From positions 101,186,001 through 101,250,000 of the forward strand of contig NC_087436.1 in NCBI RefSeq assembly GCF_036321535.1: a stretch of DNA of 64,000 nt, written 5' to 3'. The notes beneath the pieces were generated by a model. It saw nothing but the letters and a program-made list of their open reading frames with translations. It had not been told where the DNA came from and made no database searches. The position numbers and the translations under genes were made by a program. The stretch comes from Camelus dromedarius. Lineage: Eukaryota. How positions within the stretch are numbered: position 1 is the first letter of the stretch; each line of letters starts with the position of its first letter. Below are positions 25,863 through 40,846 of this stretch, in pieces.

Positions 25863-27639
25863 AGACTAAAATAAGGCCTGGAGACCCTTGGAAAATGGAA
25901 AATGATGGTTAGATGCATTAACCAACACCCCTTAGGACATAAATTAAAGCTTCCTAGTTGTGTAGTACCATCACACCTTCATTTTCTTAGACAGAGTTCA
26001 ACATTAACTATGCAAAGGGTATTAAAACATTTGATCATTACATAAATGGTTTTAGCCAACACCTTTTTGAAAACCACAATATAAATTGCCATGATGGAGA
26101 ATAATTCAAAAATGCATTAAAATACTTGAAGGATTAAGACACATCATAAATCTTGTTCAAATGATTAATTATACTGCTCTATTCTGATTCACGGAAGAAT
26201 TCACCATGATAACAGTGGTATAAAAGACCCAGTGATAAAAATAACCAGTATGACTAAGTCCTCAAACATCTACTTATGGTTTACTAGACTCTACCCAATT
26301 AAAAACTTGAGAAAGAAAGAAGGAAGGAAAGAAGGAAGAAAAAGAAAAAAAAAATCTTCCATTAGCCAGACTTAGATAATTGGAATGACCATTGCTAGCT
26401 GGACTGTTCTTGCATCAAGTCAATTTCCAGCTTTTACAAATAGCTGGTAGTGATATTAGCATATTAACCCACTAATATTCACCAGTGTAAATACGCTCTC
26501 AATAGAATATCCCAACTTATGTACTAGCTTAAACCATTGTCCAGAGAGAATTATAAAGAGATTCTGCAAGATTTTGTAGAAAGTAAATGGGCTGGATTTC
26601 AAGAATAGTTACTGAAAATAAGGTCTCAGGAGACTGGAAAAGTTGGTAGCAAAAAACACAAGGAAACAGAGATACCAAAATGCAAAGGGAGAGACTGCAA
26701 CCAAGGCTAGCTGCCCGGTGACACCCTCTAGAACTTCTACCCATCTGCTCTCCCTTCATGCCATAGGCCTTACAACTGAAGCTAATTTCCAGAAAAATCA
26801 GTCTGAATGTTCTTCCAATAAATAACCTTTTTTCAGGATCTTTTTACCACAAGGTTTGACAGGGACATTAAAAAAAAAAGTGACCCTCTGCCTGCTGCTT
26901 CTTATTTAATACTTAGAGAAGATACATATATTTGAGAAATATAATTTAGAATTTGAATTTTTAAAAAATTATCACCTAAATGGGAGTTACTAGCCTCTGT
27001 TATCACTCAGGGTGAGAGGTTTCCAGGCCAAAATTTACCCTAGGATTTAAAATATAATATCTCTTTTGAGAAAAAAAATGTATATATACATACAAAATGA
27101 AATAAGTAATTTGACCCTGAGTGGCATTGGCACTAAATAAAGAATGCTTTACTCTTTACTGCCACCTGGACACAAAACCAAAGATCTACCGTGAAGTGAC
27201 ACCTTTAAGAGCTCAAGGGACCGAGAATGACAGAATAGTCAACTAGGATTGCTTTGTCTCCAAATGTTTTCCTCTGTATTCTGGATAATGTCTTATATAA
27301 ATCCCTTCATTAGAAAGCTTCACATCAGGGCTTTTGTTCTTCCAGAATCCTCCATGAATAGGAATACAACTTGGAGAGGCAATATCTTAAAAGCTGTCAT
27401 CAACCAGTCACTTAAGCAGGATTATCTGGAAGCCGGTTGATAACAAATACCAGTGTTAATAGAACACAGGATAGCTGCTCAGCTGAAAAAAACAGAGCAC
27501 CAAAAAAAAAAAAAAAAAAAAAAAATGAAAAGCATCTAAAATAATTAGAAATTGTACGGAAAAAAAAATCATTGTGATTTTTCTTAGGCTATCTACTAGG
27601 GCTATAACACTTTCAATAATCAATGCAGAAAATAAATAC

Positions 27640-28010
27640 AAGGTGTGAAAATACAAGATTACGTGACTAACTGTTTTTAGGAAAATATCACTTATGACTG
27701 AGATGAATTGTTGTATTTTTCAAAGAAGTTGCCTCAAGAGGGTGTAAACATTCCAGCAATGTTGCCACGATTAAAAGCATCTATATGACTCCTCTTTGGG
27801 AAATTGCTTCTCAGCATGTGTTCCTTTTCTTTCAATCTCTTCAATGATAGTAATAGTAGCCATTTGAAGGTGGTTTGACATCAGAAAATTACTTAAAATC
27901 ATTCAGAGCCAAGTGTGAAGAATTCAGAGTGAACAGTTACAGTGAGTAAGTTCAGTTTTTGGTCAAAAAGATAGGATAACAACAAAGCAGTGAGGCTCAC
28001 TGAATTGCTC
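27640..28010. mobile_element. MARNA-like Tc1/mariner non-autonomous DNA transposon
   Basis: ttcaaagaagttgcctc...cattccagcaatgttgccac...ctcctctttgggaaattgcttc...tttgaaggtggtttga...aaaatcattcagagccaagt. Confidence 0.7.
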
Positions 28011-31000
28011 ATTAACTGGTTCTAATTTTAACAATCAAAGGAAAAATCCATTAGAAATGCATCAAAAGCAAAAACCTGTTGAAATGTAAAGGAAGGTAGG
28101 GTTCCAACCCAGTTCCCAAGAGAACAGTCAATTCCCTATGGCCAAAGTTGCAAGATTGATGCAGGACTGCTGCAGGAGAGAGAAATGAAAGCCGCATTAT
28201 AACTTCCCTGTGAAGTGACTGTCTATTATCAACCTTCCTAGGAATCAGTAAGTCCTTCCCAAAGTACCAGAGCTCCCATTAGAGCCATTATAAGATCACA
28301 TTAAAATTACGCCTTTACAAGTCTGTCTCCTCCACAAGACTATGACCTCTTGCTTTACCCAGCACGATAAGACATCAATAATTGGGGGTTCAATAAGTGA
28401 ATGAACAACACTCATGTGGATGTGCAGCTTCTAGTAGTTTTAAAGTCCCTCCTTCTGCAGAGTTACATAGGTGGGTGGGGACACCTCTTAGGCAAACTTC
28501 GAGCTCTACCTTTGCTTTTACAATTTTTTAATTATATGATCAAGGAATACTGGAAACTTGCTGATTTAAGAGAAAAAAATCCCAAATTTGTTAGTCCTTT
28601 ATAGCCTTCTCCATCCAGCTGAGACGCTGAAAACTTCAAAAACATTCAGCATTTAAAATATTCTTATCACTTGGCTGCTTGGTACTCACTGACATCTGAC
28701 TTCCTCCGAGACAGTGAGAAAACTCAGCCTGCTTGGTGGGAAGATGAAGCCAGAGCAAGTGTAAAAGCTCACAAGATGCCACAGGGAATAGAAAAGAGCA
28801 GCACCTCAGACTCCCACAGACTGACTCCACTGCACAGGATGCTGAAGGATCAAGGGAAACACAGACTGCCTCCAATCCGATGCCTTTCAGGGAAACTGCC
28901 AAAGGCAGGATGTCCACTTTGCTGAAGTCATGATTCTAGCAATCTTCCTCCACAACTTGAAATCTGAGGATTAATCATCATTTTTCTGAAGGCAGCTTGC
29001 AAAAAATGCCAACGTGCCCCTCAAATTTCAATGCTCCCTAAACTGATTTTTGTTTGTTTGTTTGCAAAGATAAACATATGACTGTGTTAAAACTTAATGT
29101 AGTTTGAGCCTGTGGCAGTGTGTGCATGTGTGCACGAGTGTATGTGCGTGCGTGCATGTGAGAGAGAGCAAAAGTGAGAGTGGGGGTAGAAGGGGCATAG
29201 GATGTTATGTTTTATTCTCTAGCAGTTTGCTCAGGACTTGATATTTCTTTCAGAGCTTTTCAACTATGAGTTTAGGGAGAAATGTAGGCAATCATGAAAG
29301 TACAGAAAGACACAACTTCCTTTCTCTATTCCCTCAGTACTTTCATTTTTCACTATCTTTTGCCTTTGATGAAAAAGTTCCTCCCCCACCCTCCATGTAT
29401 TTCAATTATTCAATAAAAAGGACCAGCAAGAAATCAGCTTAAATGATAAAAAAGAAATAAGCCAAACATTTTTTAGACACCTGAGCAAAACCCTGCATTT
29501 TTCCCTTTTTGTAAATTGACTTTCCTCTCTAGTCTGAAGCATACTTTTTTCTCCTTTCTTCAGTAAGACATTTCTGCTTTTACCCAGAGTGATAAAATAA
29601 TATGTCTTCAATTCTCCTCCACAGATGAGTGCTAGGAACAAAATGACAACTCTGTTATTTTTGGTAACAAAATATTCTTTATTTTTTTAAACTAATTCTT
29701 CTAGGAGAATACTTATCTTCAGCTATGGCATCATTACTTCATTTTTGCTTAATCTCCCTCCTCCCTCCTTAAAGATAGTTTGTTTACTATAACAGAAATT
29801 GCAGTCACCAATATCCAGTGTTTCTCTGTTTGATTTTTCGTTTCTTACATTTCCCATGGAGTTTTGAATAAGTTAGGAAAATGAGATAAAGGAAAACCGA
29901 GTGATCTGTTCAACATCAGAGATCAAGACCAAAATAAACCTTATAAAAGCTGCATCTGCCTCTCAGCCAGGATTGTACCCACTAATGCGGAGGCATATTA
30001 CGTGGTAAGTCATGCTTTTAGATGTGAGGATCTTTCTGTGTTTCAAGGTCTTTTCATATGAAATAGGCTGTGATGAATAATTTCTTTCTTTCTGTTACTA
30101 TTTTATACCAAAACAAAATTCACAGCTCAAGTGGCAGCCCTGTCTCAGTCCTTACTAACACTGGAGATCAGAAAAGCAGCACACAGGTCAACTCTGAACA
30201 CAGGATAAACTGCACAAGTGTGCATGACACAGTAATTAAGGACTAGAAGGGCTGCTGGATTTTCTTTGTTTGGGTTTCACCCAAATCACTCTCATTTTCT
30301 TCACATGGCACCTCTGCAGCCTGAAATGTAGAGCTGAGCATTTCTAACCAAACCTATACAGACATTTGTACACGTAGATTACAGAAATCTACATGTACAT
30401 CTACATGAAATTACTATCTACAGATTAATTTTTTATTCACAAGCCATGTCTGTCCTTCCTTCACGATGTGCATACGCTGCCCCGTTAACTGTAATGTGAC
30501 ACAGTGGGGACATCAGGCACTTTATGTCCCTCAAGGTTCACGTCATCTAGTGATTAGCAGCCTTATAGATATTTTAAAGCATAAGCTGACAGTAAAGCCA
30601 GATTCTTCACTGAAACTCTTCTCAGGCTAAACAGAGCAGTTACACGATTGTAAATGCATGGTTTCCATTAGGAGTTTCTGCCTTGTGCTCTGGCAACAAC
30701 TGTTCTTGTTTTACAAAAGAGCAATCAAAAAGTTCGAAGTTAAGAGTGGTGAATTCTCAATAACACATGAGCATGCACTTTTATTACTTGCTTACTGTGT
30801 AAAGTAGTTATTCATACTATTTATTGCTGGGGACTGAAAACAATTCCCACTTGTCTAAGTGGATTTAAAAAAAAAACAAAACTCTCACAAGGTGTATCCA
30901 GGAAACATTTTGCTAGCATGATAATAACACATACAGGCTGAATTGTGGACGTCATCAGGTCCTGACAATGTGGTTATGCCCGACACATGGCAATCTTTGT

Positions 31001-31801
31001 CTTTTCTCCTCTTTTTCTCTTTCTGAAAGTGTACCAATGTCTACATTGAAGTTAAGAGACGCATAACTAATTGTCCATTTTCAGACACCAAATTTGAATG
31101 AGCTTTCCAGCTCAAACCAAATTGTTCCATCCCTTACTTTGCTCATGCTCTAATGATCTGGTAATTTCAGACTGCATGTATGATGTTCAAACGTAGTAGT
31201 CCAGTAACTAACGCTGATTAATTTCCAGAGTCCTTTGGCTTTAAATTGGTTGTTTCCAAATGAAAGTTAAACTTTTAACCAAATGGTAACGAGGTGATCT
31301 GTGGGCTTTGTAAGAATTCAAGTGAGGCCTGGAGGGGGTTATTAGTCGGGCTTCTTACCAGTTTATCATGCTTTCTTTCTATTAATAGAATATGACTGCA
31401 AAGCTGGTGACATTTTTAATGCTTATTGTTAAGGAAACAAAATTCCACAAATTATTAAGTGGACTGTGGAAACAACAGCCTCAAAAATTTGATTCACTAA
31501 TTCTGAAGATTGAAAAATTTAAAATCATTCCAGTAACACTAAGATCAACCCAGATGACAAGTGTATAGGGATATTATATTACTGAACCCAAAGTTATACT
31601 ACAAAGATTCACATTTTGGGACATCTGCCAATTGAATAAATATCCTATATTTAAAAACGTATCATTAACACATTAGGAAGACACAGTTATAGCAAAAATG
31701 GGTATATCATTATCGTCATAAAGACTCAACTTCAGATGGGCTTCACTGGTACGCACCTGAATTTTAGGTGATTGAAAACGTGTCTCATAAAGAAATATAC
31801 A

Positions 31802-31843
<42 letters not shown>
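31802..31843. repeat. (TATC)10 / GATA tetranucleotide microsatellite
   Basis: Perfect tatc array. Confidence 0.95.
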
Positions 31844-32599
31844 AACACACAGTTTAAAAAAAGAAATAGCAAACATGATAATATATATATATTTTAAGAA
31901 TATAAAATAATGTATTTTAAGAAAAAAACTATATATAGGTCATATTTTAATTGAATGTTTAATAATGAGCACCCAATTTAAAGAAAACCAGAATATGTAC
32001 AGGAAATCTCTTACAAAGAATTCATTTTTAGTTTGTTTTCTTTCAAATGTGAATGCTTAAGGGAAAGATAAAAGATGACTTTTCTTTTTAGTAAAAGGTA
32101 AACAAAATGTATGTTTTAAGAATCTTCTAATGAAAAATTTATTCTCTATATAAAGGCATGTCCTGTCCTAAATCAAATGGCAATTCACAAAAGTTAATGA
32201 GTACATTTTATTCCTAGTTGTATGAATAACATACACAATAGACTATGTGAATACTGAATGAAATGAAGAACATTAAAATTAAATGACAAAAAAAGGAAAA
32301 TACATTTATGAGGTGTTCCCCAAGCACAGAATGGGTAGAGGGAAGGAGGGGAGGAGGGCCTACTGGTCTAATATCTGTCTTCCCATTTTTTGATTTGCAC
32401 TTTGATTAAGGTTTAAGATGGTAGTATTAAATAAAATTGGACTGACTGACCTAATTTCAAGAACATAGTAAAAGGTATTAAAATAGGAAGGTTGAAATAT
32501 CACCAAAGCCTTCAAGAGAAGTCAGTGAATTCAATTTCATTCTCATAGAACTAGTTAGCTATAAAATAGATATGTTTCCTCTATTCCGCATGTGCATGG

Positions 32600-32940
32600 T
32601 GGTGGAGACTGGCCTCTGCCGCTTTATAAATTGTGAGACCATGAGCAAGTTACTCAACTCCACCGCCTGTCATTTTTCTCAACTACAGAATGAAGACAAT
32701 CATAGGCATTCTTCCTAGGGCTGTTGTATCTACATAGTAAGTTAACACATGTAAAATATGTTGACCACTGCATAGTATATAGTGTGCATTGTAAGTTTAT
32801 CTATTATTTAAGTATTATCCCACTAAAAATGAATCTCTGCAGGAGGAGAAATGTTTGTTTTTATTATTGCTTTCTCCAGTCTCCAAAACATTGCCTTGCA
32901 TATAATCATGTAATTGGCATACAATATTAAGTATTTGCTC
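32600..32940 (+). mobile_element. MIR followed by an L2 3'-end fragment
   Basis: tgtgagaccatgagcaagttactcaac...tttctcaactacagaatgaagacaatcatag; then ctctgcaggaggagaaatgtttg...tctccagtctccaaaacattgccttgcatataa. Confidence 0.65.
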
Positions 32941-34422
32941 TCTGAAATGTTACTGTATTACTCTGTGTGTGTATTGTGTATGTGAATGTATATATACATA
33001 CATATATATATTATACGTATATACATCTACATACATACACATACACGTTTCTTATTAAAGGTAAAACTTTGAAGAGAAAGGCCAGGAGTCTTTGTAACAA
33101 TGTAAATTTGAATGCTCCTGACCTAATACTATGTGCATTGGTTTGGAAAAAATAGGCATCACCATCTTTTGTTCCTAACGCCCAAAGGAAATGCCATCTC
33201 TGTATCTAAAATTGGTCCTTGTGCTCAATAGTTAAATACACTGAAAAGCAGATTTAGAATTTAGATGCAGTTTTTAAAAAATCCTTTAAATTTATGCCAT
33301 AATTATTGCCATTTCCCTGAACAAAAGAACTGATTAACTTGCCATTTTTAATATAGGGGGTCAAATGTAAAATTAGCTCAGGAAGCTCAGAAAGGTAGTT
33401 CTTAGGAAAGGTCTGTTCAGACGTTAGAAATTCTGACCAAAGGACAGAAAAGGAGTCCCTCCTCCTGATGTTGATGTATTATCCCCCTAAAAAAATCATT
33501 GCTTTATGCATATATAGTTCCCAGGCTACTCATTATGTATTTCATCACATGAATTTTTAACTAAGAAAATTAAAAGGCACAGTGTAAAAAAAAAAAACCC
33601 TTGATGTGTCCATGGGTTTGCGTCATGATGCAAAGTGTTGCATGCACACATAATAATAGCTGGTGGAGAGTCACTCAGAGCGTGGGACTAGCCTCGGTTA
33701 CATGCTTGGCAGTTTCCATATGCCATGAGAAGTCATACCCACTGGATTGTTGTCAGACCAATTATGCCACTATGCCTGCAAATCCACTGAGACTGTCCTT
33801 TGAAAAGAGGGATTATTAAGCCTACCTTATTACTGTTTCAACTGATTCCCTCCCCACTCAACTCCTACTGCTTTTCATTCGGACTTTAATGCTGAAAATA
33901 TACCAGACATTTAAAACTAAATATAAACATCATCATTTAAAAAGAACTCTGTTACATTTGTGGAACAATTTTTGGACTCTTTTATACAAATATTGATTTT
34001 ATATTAATTAATATACCTACATGAACTTATCAGTTGGCAAAATTAAAATAATTAAGATGTTATTTAATGTCACACATCCCTGTGAAAGCTGAAAACTGTA
34101 GAAAGCATTCAATGATGTGCATAAAATGTTACACATAAGCTAAAACATGAATTTCAAATTTTATGCACATGCCTACATGTTATAGATTCATATTATTTCA
34201 CAAAAGCTATAGCTATTGTACCAATTTTCCATCAATGCCAAAACACATCTATCTGGCTGCACGTCTTTTGAGGCTGATCTGAAAAGGGTTGAAAAGGTCC
34301 TCATAAAATGGGAAGTGTACCTTCCTTCCTATGAAAGTACAGACCGTATGTGGTAAATGACAAACTCATGAAGAAATGATGATCTGGTCCAACAAGTTCT
34401 TGCTCGGACCAAGAAAGGATTC

Positions 34423-34733
34423 TGTTACGGAATGAACTGTATCTCCTGGGAATTCACTTGTTGAAGCCCCAAACTCCAAAGTGACTTACTTGGAGTTAGA
34501 GTCTTTATGGGGCTAATTATGGTTAGATGGTATCAGAGGGTAGGGCCCTAATCTGATAGCACTGGTGTCCTTAGAAGAAGAGAAAGGGACATCAGAGCTC
34601 TCTCTCTCTGCAAATGTGCTGGCACCTTGATCTGAGACTTCTAGCCTCCAGACCTGTGAAAAAAAGAAATTTCTATTGTTTAAGCCACACAGTATTTTGG
34701 TATTTTGTTACCACAGTCCTTGTGACTATCACA
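34423..34733 (+). mobile_element. MLT1A/B-like MaLR solo LTR with internal deletion
   Basis: tgttacggaatgaactgt...gggccctaatctgatagcactggtgtcctta...gctggcaccttgatctgagacttctagcctccaga...gtttaagccacacagt...aca. TSD gattc/gactc. Confidence 0.85.
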
Positions 34734-34984
34734 GACTCTCTTCTCAGCCTGCTCAGGAGACATAGCAGGGATTGTGCACTAGAGCAAACTGCGTACAAAC
34801 GCCTAAATATATGAATACGTAAATCTGTGCATAATACAAACATTGATCAGGACTATTATGCTAATAATAATTCTCAAATTCAAAGAGAGAAATAGGTTGG
34901 AGGAAAGTTGACTGCAGGTAAATTAAGGCCCCCTGTTTTAGGTAGAGAAGAAGGGACCTAAGAGCTTCTGTTTGTTTTTTTCCC

Positions 34985-35120
34985 AGTTACATATGTCACA
35001 TGGAGAAAAGAGCCGGCCCCGCCTCCTGGAGTCGTTAGGAGGAGGAAATGCATGCGTGTGACAGACCCCGTGGCAGAGTGACCGCACAGACTTAGAGCTC
35101 AAATAAATGACAGCTCTTAA
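34985..35120 (+). mobile_element. MIR 3' fragment
   Basis: gagtcgttaggaggaggaaatgcatgcgtgtgacagacccc...gagctcaaataaatgacagct. Confidence 0.5.
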
Positions 35121-35589
35121 CGTTACAGGCTGGCATGAGGAGTGAAAGAAAACCTCCCAGGAGATAATGCGCAGAAGAATAAAGCACTCTTAAAAAGTAG
35201 TGAAAAAAAATTTTAAGTATCAAAATGGATACAAACTATTGTGAGCCTTTCCTAAACTCTTTGTTTTACAGCAACAAGCTATTGCTTCTCTTTCACCGTC
35301 GAGATGCCACAGGCACTGAAATGATTTGTGACCAAACCCAGTGCCTTCTGGCAGACAGAGAGGCACACGCACTGGCTGCACCTTGAGCAGGATCAGCGTA
35401 ACCATGAAGAAATCAGCCAGGATTAGAGAACGTCAGGGCTCCAAACAAGTACATTGTGACCAAACAAACCAAAACCAAAACCAAAATAACTTTTTAACAT
35501 CATAGTGAAAATACCCCAAAAGTGTAAATGCACTTTAAGAAGGGCTTAGAGAAATTTCTTGATAACTAGAAATATTATCTTAAGTTGCG

Positions 35590-35800
35590 GTAGCGTTTTC
35601 ACAAGCCCCACACGTTTTATGTGGCTCTCATGAACCCTGTCATGTAATCAGAGCAGCGGTTATTATGTAAAATGACAGAGGATGAGTTTGAGAGGCTTGG
35701 GGACTTCAGAGGACTTACATAAGGTCACACTGGCCAGTCAGTGACAGAGCCAGGACAAGAAGGCAGACTTTCCTGTTACCTCATCCAGCTTTAGTTTCCT
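35590..35800 (-). mobile_element. MIR SINE
   Basis: tgacagaggatgagtttgagaggcttggggac...aaggtcacactggccagtcagtgacagagccagga. Confidence 0.7.
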
Positions 35801-37414
35801 ACTTCCCAGAGGCTGTCGAAGAGTGAGCCAGGAAGCAGAAGTTAGGGATTTCAGGGGCTCTAAACCTCACGTTTTTTGTAGCCTGACCTACCCTCTGCAA
35901 TCAGAATTGAGAAAGTGAAAATGTCAAAAATGCAGGTTTCTGGGATACAGTACAGACCTACTAGAACTCAATTTCTGAGAACAAAGTAAATTAGGATAAG
36001 AAACAGCTCCACGGCAGTAATGTGGCAACAGCTTTGATTCCAGCAGTCTAATAATAATAGTAGAGAGAAAGGGAGTCTATTGCCATGCAGTTTGTGTTTT
36101 TTTTTCCCTTCTATTTTCCTTCTCTGTTCTTTCTGTCAAAAATACAGGGGTAGAAAATGAATGAAGACAGAGCAGGTGGACATACATTCCAGGCTGAAAA
36201 CAAAAACCAAACCCAAACAGAACACCTGGCAGAAATGGGAGAAAGTAAACATCCACTGCTTTTTGACACTAAATCTTGCAATCACATGAAGCCTTGACGT
36301 TTAGTGTCATCCTTCGGTCACCAGGGCCCCGGGTCAAAATTCAAGGCCACAAACATTGGCTTTTGTCAGGACTGAGTCCCGTCCCCCCCCCCTTTATTTA
36401 TTTGTTTATTTATTTAGTTATAATCTCACCTTACCTCCTGACTCCCAGCTGGAGTTCGAGCCACTCCTTGCCTTAACAGAGTTCTCGGTCTTCTAAACTA
36501 CTGAAAGTTGACCACCCTTCCTTAAGGCCCTCATCAAATCTGTATTTCTTAAGAACTACTGGTCTTTGTGAGGTGCCGACCTAGTTATCTGCTTACAGCG
36601 GTTTACACCCAGGTGTGCCAAAGACTGAACCAACTCCTCCGGAGGTCATTTGCTATTTAAAAAAAGGTGCTCCTTAGAATTTGGGGCTTGGAAGGCGTGC
36701 TTTCGAGTTGCATTTCTCAGCTCCCACCTCACTGCTCATCACTCCCCAGTCAGGGCACACTCCCTCTTCTAGACCTCTCTCCTGAGTACGCCAAGTACAT
36801 GTTTCTCTTTACAGATGTGCTGGACTCTCACCTTTAAAGATGACCGCTCCCCAGGGGCAGTGAGAATGGAAACGGGGGGAAAACATGTGTTACGAGTGAG
36901 CGTGGGTTGGCACAGCGAAATACTACTACCTGCGGGAAGATACACGTTGACAAAACGGAGACTCATGCGTGTGTTTGGGGACACATGTATCTGTTTTTCT
37001 CCTAAAAATGGAGTGCCAGAAAAATCCTGAAAACCCATATATTTGCACGCTTTTTTCAAAGCCCCTCAAATATATCACACATCTACTGTGTGACCAGTGC
37101 CTCCTTACATGTTTGCTTTAGTTTACTTTATCTTTTTTAAGGGTTTGGTGTGTATACCACCACCCAGAGGAAGTAAAGAGGGGAAATCAGACAATTGCTC
37201 ATTTGGTACCAAAACAAGAGTCACACACCCCGCAGAGAAGGCAGAGGCTCTAGCCAACCCAGCAGGTAGCCTTTTATCATGGAGACATCCACCCAGCAGG
37301 GAAAGAAAATAACAATTAGGATGTTCTCAGAGATGGATAGAAAAGTGGCCACAGCGCAGTTCAGTGATCCAACGTGGGTGGATTTCTCAGGCTACCTAGC
37401 ACCAAGGCCCAGGC

Positions 37415-37535
37415 CTTTTGTTCAGTCATCTGTTCAACAAATATTTAGGAGTGTCTCTGGTACGCGGGACACTGTAGTAGGCACTGATCGCATGATGGAC
37501 AAGATAAACTTGGGGATAGTTCCCCTGAACTTCAC
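37415..37535 (-). mobile_element. L2 3'-end fragment
   Basis: ttcagtcatctgttcaacaaatatttaggagtgtctctggtacgcgggacactgtagtaggcactg. Confidence 0.7.
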
Positions 37536-40500
37536 GTATCCCTTACCTTGTATATATTATTTTTGCGCTGAAGATAAGGGCCCTGTTTTAGCCATCATTT
37601 TAATTACAAAGCCTTGTACTGTATACTAAAGACATAGCCAATCTATTCTTTATAAAGTAAATGAATTAAAAAAAATCATACACATCCAAGAAAAGTGTTT
37701 TGCAAAGTTATAGATAGAAATTATTCCCAGGTAGCTATTTCAAACATGGAATTACTTCTGAAGGACCTCGATAGCTTTTCTAGAGAGAGCCTCAGAAGTA
37801 AAGTTAGGATTAGAGTGATTTACCTAATTCTTGAGGTTGCCTTGTTTGTTTTTAATCACATATGAGGCTATTGTTTACAAATTGGGTGAATTAATTCAAT
37901 CTCTAAATTATACCCACAGCACTTTTTTTTTGTAATAGAAAGTGCAGTTTGTGACCAAAAGAAGTTTGAAAAATGAGTCCCATTCTAATTCTTTTGCAAA
38001 GATTTTACCCAGGTAAGTCTGAAAATACACTGTAGTCAGAAGTACAAATGTCACCACCTCCCCTAAATGCTGTCAGTACTTTTGAATTTGGTTTATTTCT
38101 TCAAAGACCTGATAGTTCTTAGCCAGTTCCACCAGAGCCATGAAAAAGCTGTTCATTACCTCAGCTCCCTTGTCTCAGAAATGGTGCTTTTCCTTGCAGA
38201 CTGTTCTGAGGAGCAAACATGCATTCAATGCTTTGAAACTGAAGAAGCATAATGCCAATATTATCTATCGTTTTTCTGCTCTGTAATCTTCTTTAATATA
38301 TTAATTCCATGAGGACAAAGACTCAATCTCATTTTTCTTTTCATACCCAGTACCAGCTGATATGAGATGTGTTAAAAGAAATAAACTTTATTTAAACTAG
38401 TCTCTAACATGCTCATATTTCTCTTTAGAGTTTATAGAGTACAATGAAGTATTGTCCTGACGTTTAAAAGAAAATGTCCAAATGCTAAAATATACAGGGT
38501 ATTGGATGGTTGGCTCTGAGTCTGCCTCCACCTGTCCGCAGGCACCACCCTAAATGGTAAATTCCAGTAACTGAAAAGGAGCCTGGTCAGGAGACCTGAG
38601 GTGGGGATGACAACTGGGAGCAGGGGTTTGGGGGAGAAATGTCTGTGCACGGATAGGAACCAAGGGCGACATCTTCAGATATTAAAAAAAAAAAAAAGGA
38701 GGATGATAATGGACTTCTCAAAAGCTCACTGCTGTTGATTGTTCTGATTCAGCTTAATAACACACTAACATTCTGGGGAGCGTTAGTAATTCTTTTGTTT
38801 TGATTTATTATGTTTTTCCAATCATAACTGTAAATAGCCATTGTTTCCCACCCCAAACAGTCTAGAGTGGTGGTTCGCAATACTTTTCAGCTGCTTCCAC
38901 AATAAGACACATTTTTTACGAAGCAACCAAAAGCCGAAGACACACAGGCATACAAACACAACTGAAATAAAGATCTCCCAAGACAATATTTACTCTTACT
39001 ATATGGATGGAATCCTTGAAAATTTTTGGCTTTATTTTGTATCTTTCTAATTGTGGTAGAAATTCACAAATTGACTCATGTCCCAATAGTGTGTTGCAAA
39101 CCAAGTTTGCATAATTCTGCCTTATAATGTTCTTCTTTGTGAAGATATTCATAAATACCCCTCCATGTGATTACACATTTTAGGTTATCCCCAAAATTCT
39201 GGCCTTTTTTTTGGTCTATAATTTGTTTTGGAGTTGACGTGATTTGTTAGAGGATTTACACTTTCAGCATATCTGAAGAAGTTTACTAGTTAAAATGAGG
39301 AAACATGACATTTCCAAGAAGCTAAAAGCAGTAAGAATTCTCTTCACCAGTTTCTCACACTGGTCCTTGTGCTCAAAACGAAATGAGAGGTTGATGATCA
39401 TTAGGTTTTATTCAGGAATTTCACTATAGTCTCAGTGATACTTCTGAAAATTTCCTTTTTGCAGAATTAAATCAATGGCTAATAAAATAAAAGGTCTGAA
39501 ATGCATGCATTAGTGATGTTCATGGGTTCGCGTGCCTTTCCTGTCACTCCGTATTTTAATGTTGTTCCAATATTTATTTATTTTTCTGAAAGTGCTTTTC
39601 TGTTAACAATAATTCACCAAAATTTTCTCAAGAATCTGGCATTCTTGGTCAGTATTTCAAAACTTGGGGAAAAACTTTAATTGGGCAGATGATATGATAA
39701 ATATATTATACAATTATCAAAGTTTACAAGTGGAACACTTATTTTTAGGCACGTAAACACATACAACATAACAAACAGAAACACAAATATACAAACAGAG
39801 AGAGTTAGAGGGACCATACAGAGAATTCCCTGACTTACCTAGCAAATCGCTACTTACACAACTAAAATCCGGCTACTTGCTTTCTCAGTATGTCACATGC
39901 TGAATTCTCAGAAGCCTCTTGCATTTATGTTCTCTGACATTAAATAGAATAGCCTTCAGATGAATGTAGTCCACAAAAACATATTCCTTCTGAATATGAC
40001 CACAGTGACTTCAGTGAATCTAACTGAAAGTTTCTAAATTTTCTTAAGGAATTTAAAAAACAAACAAACAATCCCTTGGAAAGTCTACAGATATTTTGTT
40101 CAGTATTTCTTGATTAAGGAAAAATCAACCTTTGGCAGAGGCTGTGATAAATACAAAATAAATCTCTTGAATATGTCTTTATAAACAATATAATTTATAA
40201 ATGTTGCTCAAAGTCTTTGCATACACATGTGTGGGAGGACACGCAAACACACACAGTGGCATTTAGAAAGACACACACAATGAGCAAGAGACACCGTCCT
40301 TTACTCTCACAACTATCTCACTGGTCTGGAAAAGACTGTGATTACATAACAAGTTAAAACTATTGATCAATTTAGGATTTTATTCAAAGTCATTATTTAA
40401 TGTATTATAGACAAAGACTTAATAGACTAAATTTTCCTCGGTTCACCCAAAGCCAGAGTCTTCAAATCATTGTTGAAATAGGCTTTTGGGTTTTTTTGTT

Positions 40501-40592
40501 TTTTTTTTTAAGACTTTACTATTAAATTCTGCTAACTACCTCTTTGAGAATGGAATTCCTGGTGACTTTGACACCCATTAGTAACACATTTC

Positions 40593-40625
40593 TTTATTAA
40601 TACTTTTTTTATAGGTTTATTTATT
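40593..40625 (-). terminator. Cluster of AATAAA polyadenylation signals in the isoform-a 3'UTR (candidate)
   Basis: Plus-strand tttatt at 40593-40598, 40616-40621 and 40620-40625, about 190-220 nt after the stop. More distal candidates occur at 39573 and 38387. Confidence 0.45.
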
Positions 40626-40810
40626 TCAATACTATTTTTCCTTAAATGAGACGAAAAGAAAAAAAAAAAAAAACCTTGAAAATCAAATGCACAAGTGGAA
40701 CAAGCAGTGATTGGCTGACACCCCACGGCCAAGGGCAGGCTCCAGCAGGTTGCGAAGTAGCAAGGTCATCAGAGTATGGTGCATAATGGAGCATCATATT
40801 AGAGTGGAAT

Positions 40811-40846
40811 TCAGCCAAACACAGTAATGTATGGAAGTGGACGCAT
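40811..40846 (-). CDS. PCDH7: PCDH7 terminal coding exon of the short isoform (isoform-a type), MRPLPYITVFG*
   Basis: Minus strand reads tttccttttttcag|ATG CGT CCA CTT CCA TAC ATT ACT GTG TTT GGC TGA. It has a polypyrimidine tract, AG acceptor and a TTTGAC branch-like motif (A at 40878), and phase 0 matches the exon-1 donor. Near-identical to the recalled human isoform-a end MRLHPYITVFG. Confidence 0.9.
   Translation of the reverse strand: MRPLPYITVFG

Noticed and set aside
1..40500. Search for downstream PCDH7 exons (PFRRVTF / CM1-CM3)
   Set aside because: No matching coding sequence was found by eye. These exons probably lie beyond the left edge of the window.
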